Below, piece after piece: positions 63,139-64,000 of a stretch of DNA of 64,000 nucleotides. The number at the start of each line of letters is the position of its first letter. Position 1 is the first letter of the stretch. The stretch spans positions 1,768,389-1,832,388 of the forward strand of contig CM121343.1 of the NCBI GenBank assembly GCA_051530055.1, in the 5' to 3' direction. Below the pieces are notes generated by a model, which worked only from the letters and a program-made list of their open reading frames with translations, was not told the origin of the DNA and did not search any database. The DNA is from Neoechinorhynchus agilis. Lineage: Eukaryota > Animalia > Acanthocephala. Position numbers and translations under genes: made by a program.

Positions 63139-64000
63139 TTTTTAAAAATGTGATCAAGCGAAAGCTGCAAATCACACTCTTCATTCAATACCTGATCATA
63201 TTCCTAACTTGTTAAACGACTTGTGCATTCGCATGTAATAACTTGTAGTCTGAGAGTGCTCACAGTCATAATATTTGTCTGTATTAATCAAATAATTAGA
63301 TGGCCAATTTACACGTCCACAAAGCAGCGTATCCAAATCAATCGACACCGTTTGACTTGGATTTACAAGCATTTTGGGTTATACTCAATAATTACTGAAC
63401 ATTAACTCTCTAATTTTCTCTTTTTTGAGCACTAAAATTTTATTCGAGTTTGGCGATGTTTCCCCCCCCCCAGGATTGTTGATCATTTATTTTAAAATAT
63501 TTCGTAAGCTTTTTGCTTAAAGTTTTCTACAATTTAAGCTGGATTTGTTGAAGTACAAAACGTGCAATCACCACCGTCCGCAAAATCTTAGCTTCTCTCC
63601 TTCCTCGGCTTTTGTTGCATCGTCTAAACTTATTCCATAGGCTTCATCACTTAAAAAACTGTAATGATATCACAAAAATAAGTAAGTGGGAACATCATCA
63701 ACTTTTGGTTTTTGACGGAATCGGAACAGTGTGATTGAAAAGTCTTTACCAACGTCCTACGTAATGCTTTTAACTTTTAAATAAACCATTTACTTCTAAC
63801 TTCATCATCAAACTTCTAAATTCCGAATAACCAAATTTGCAAGACCTCAAATGAGTTTCCGCTTCTAACTTCTAAAACACAAAAGTGAGAATTTGTAGCC
63901 AGTCTGTTGGCTGCGAACAAAGTTCAAGTTTCCCATTCTTAAAAGCAAGATAGTTTAAACTCGGTTTGGCCATCGGTACTGTTTAGTGAAGTTGATCTTG

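Overview
AT-rich eukaryotic (invertebrate, probably spiralian-like) genomic DNA, not prokaryotic. It carries compact genes with very short introns (26-52 nt where I could resolve them): a TFIIB-like gene, a catalytically dead DUSP, USP10, ZnT5/SLC30A5, a TTLL6/13-type polyglutamylase, a gliomedin-like collagen-olfactomedin protein, a Kir channel, a BRCT-less RFC1 and an innexin. About 21 kb is four tandem satellite arrays with units of ~161, ~148, ~114 and ~349 bp. Three arrays clearly, and the fourth probably, derive from one shared module, which also occurs as dispersed hairpin elements. There are decayed CRE-clade and CR1/L2-like non-LTR retrotransposons and a dispersed tRNA-derived SINE family. 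The most unusual signal is in the SINE body: all three hammerhead-ribozyme core strands are present but in a non-canonical order. Other leads are a seed-altered miR-124-like hairpin, a fully palindromic 349-bp satellite, a satellite array and a TFIIB-like gene each bracketed by inverted repeats, and insertions sitting at splice junctions of USP10 and RFC1. All alignments and unit lengths were done by eye and are approximate.
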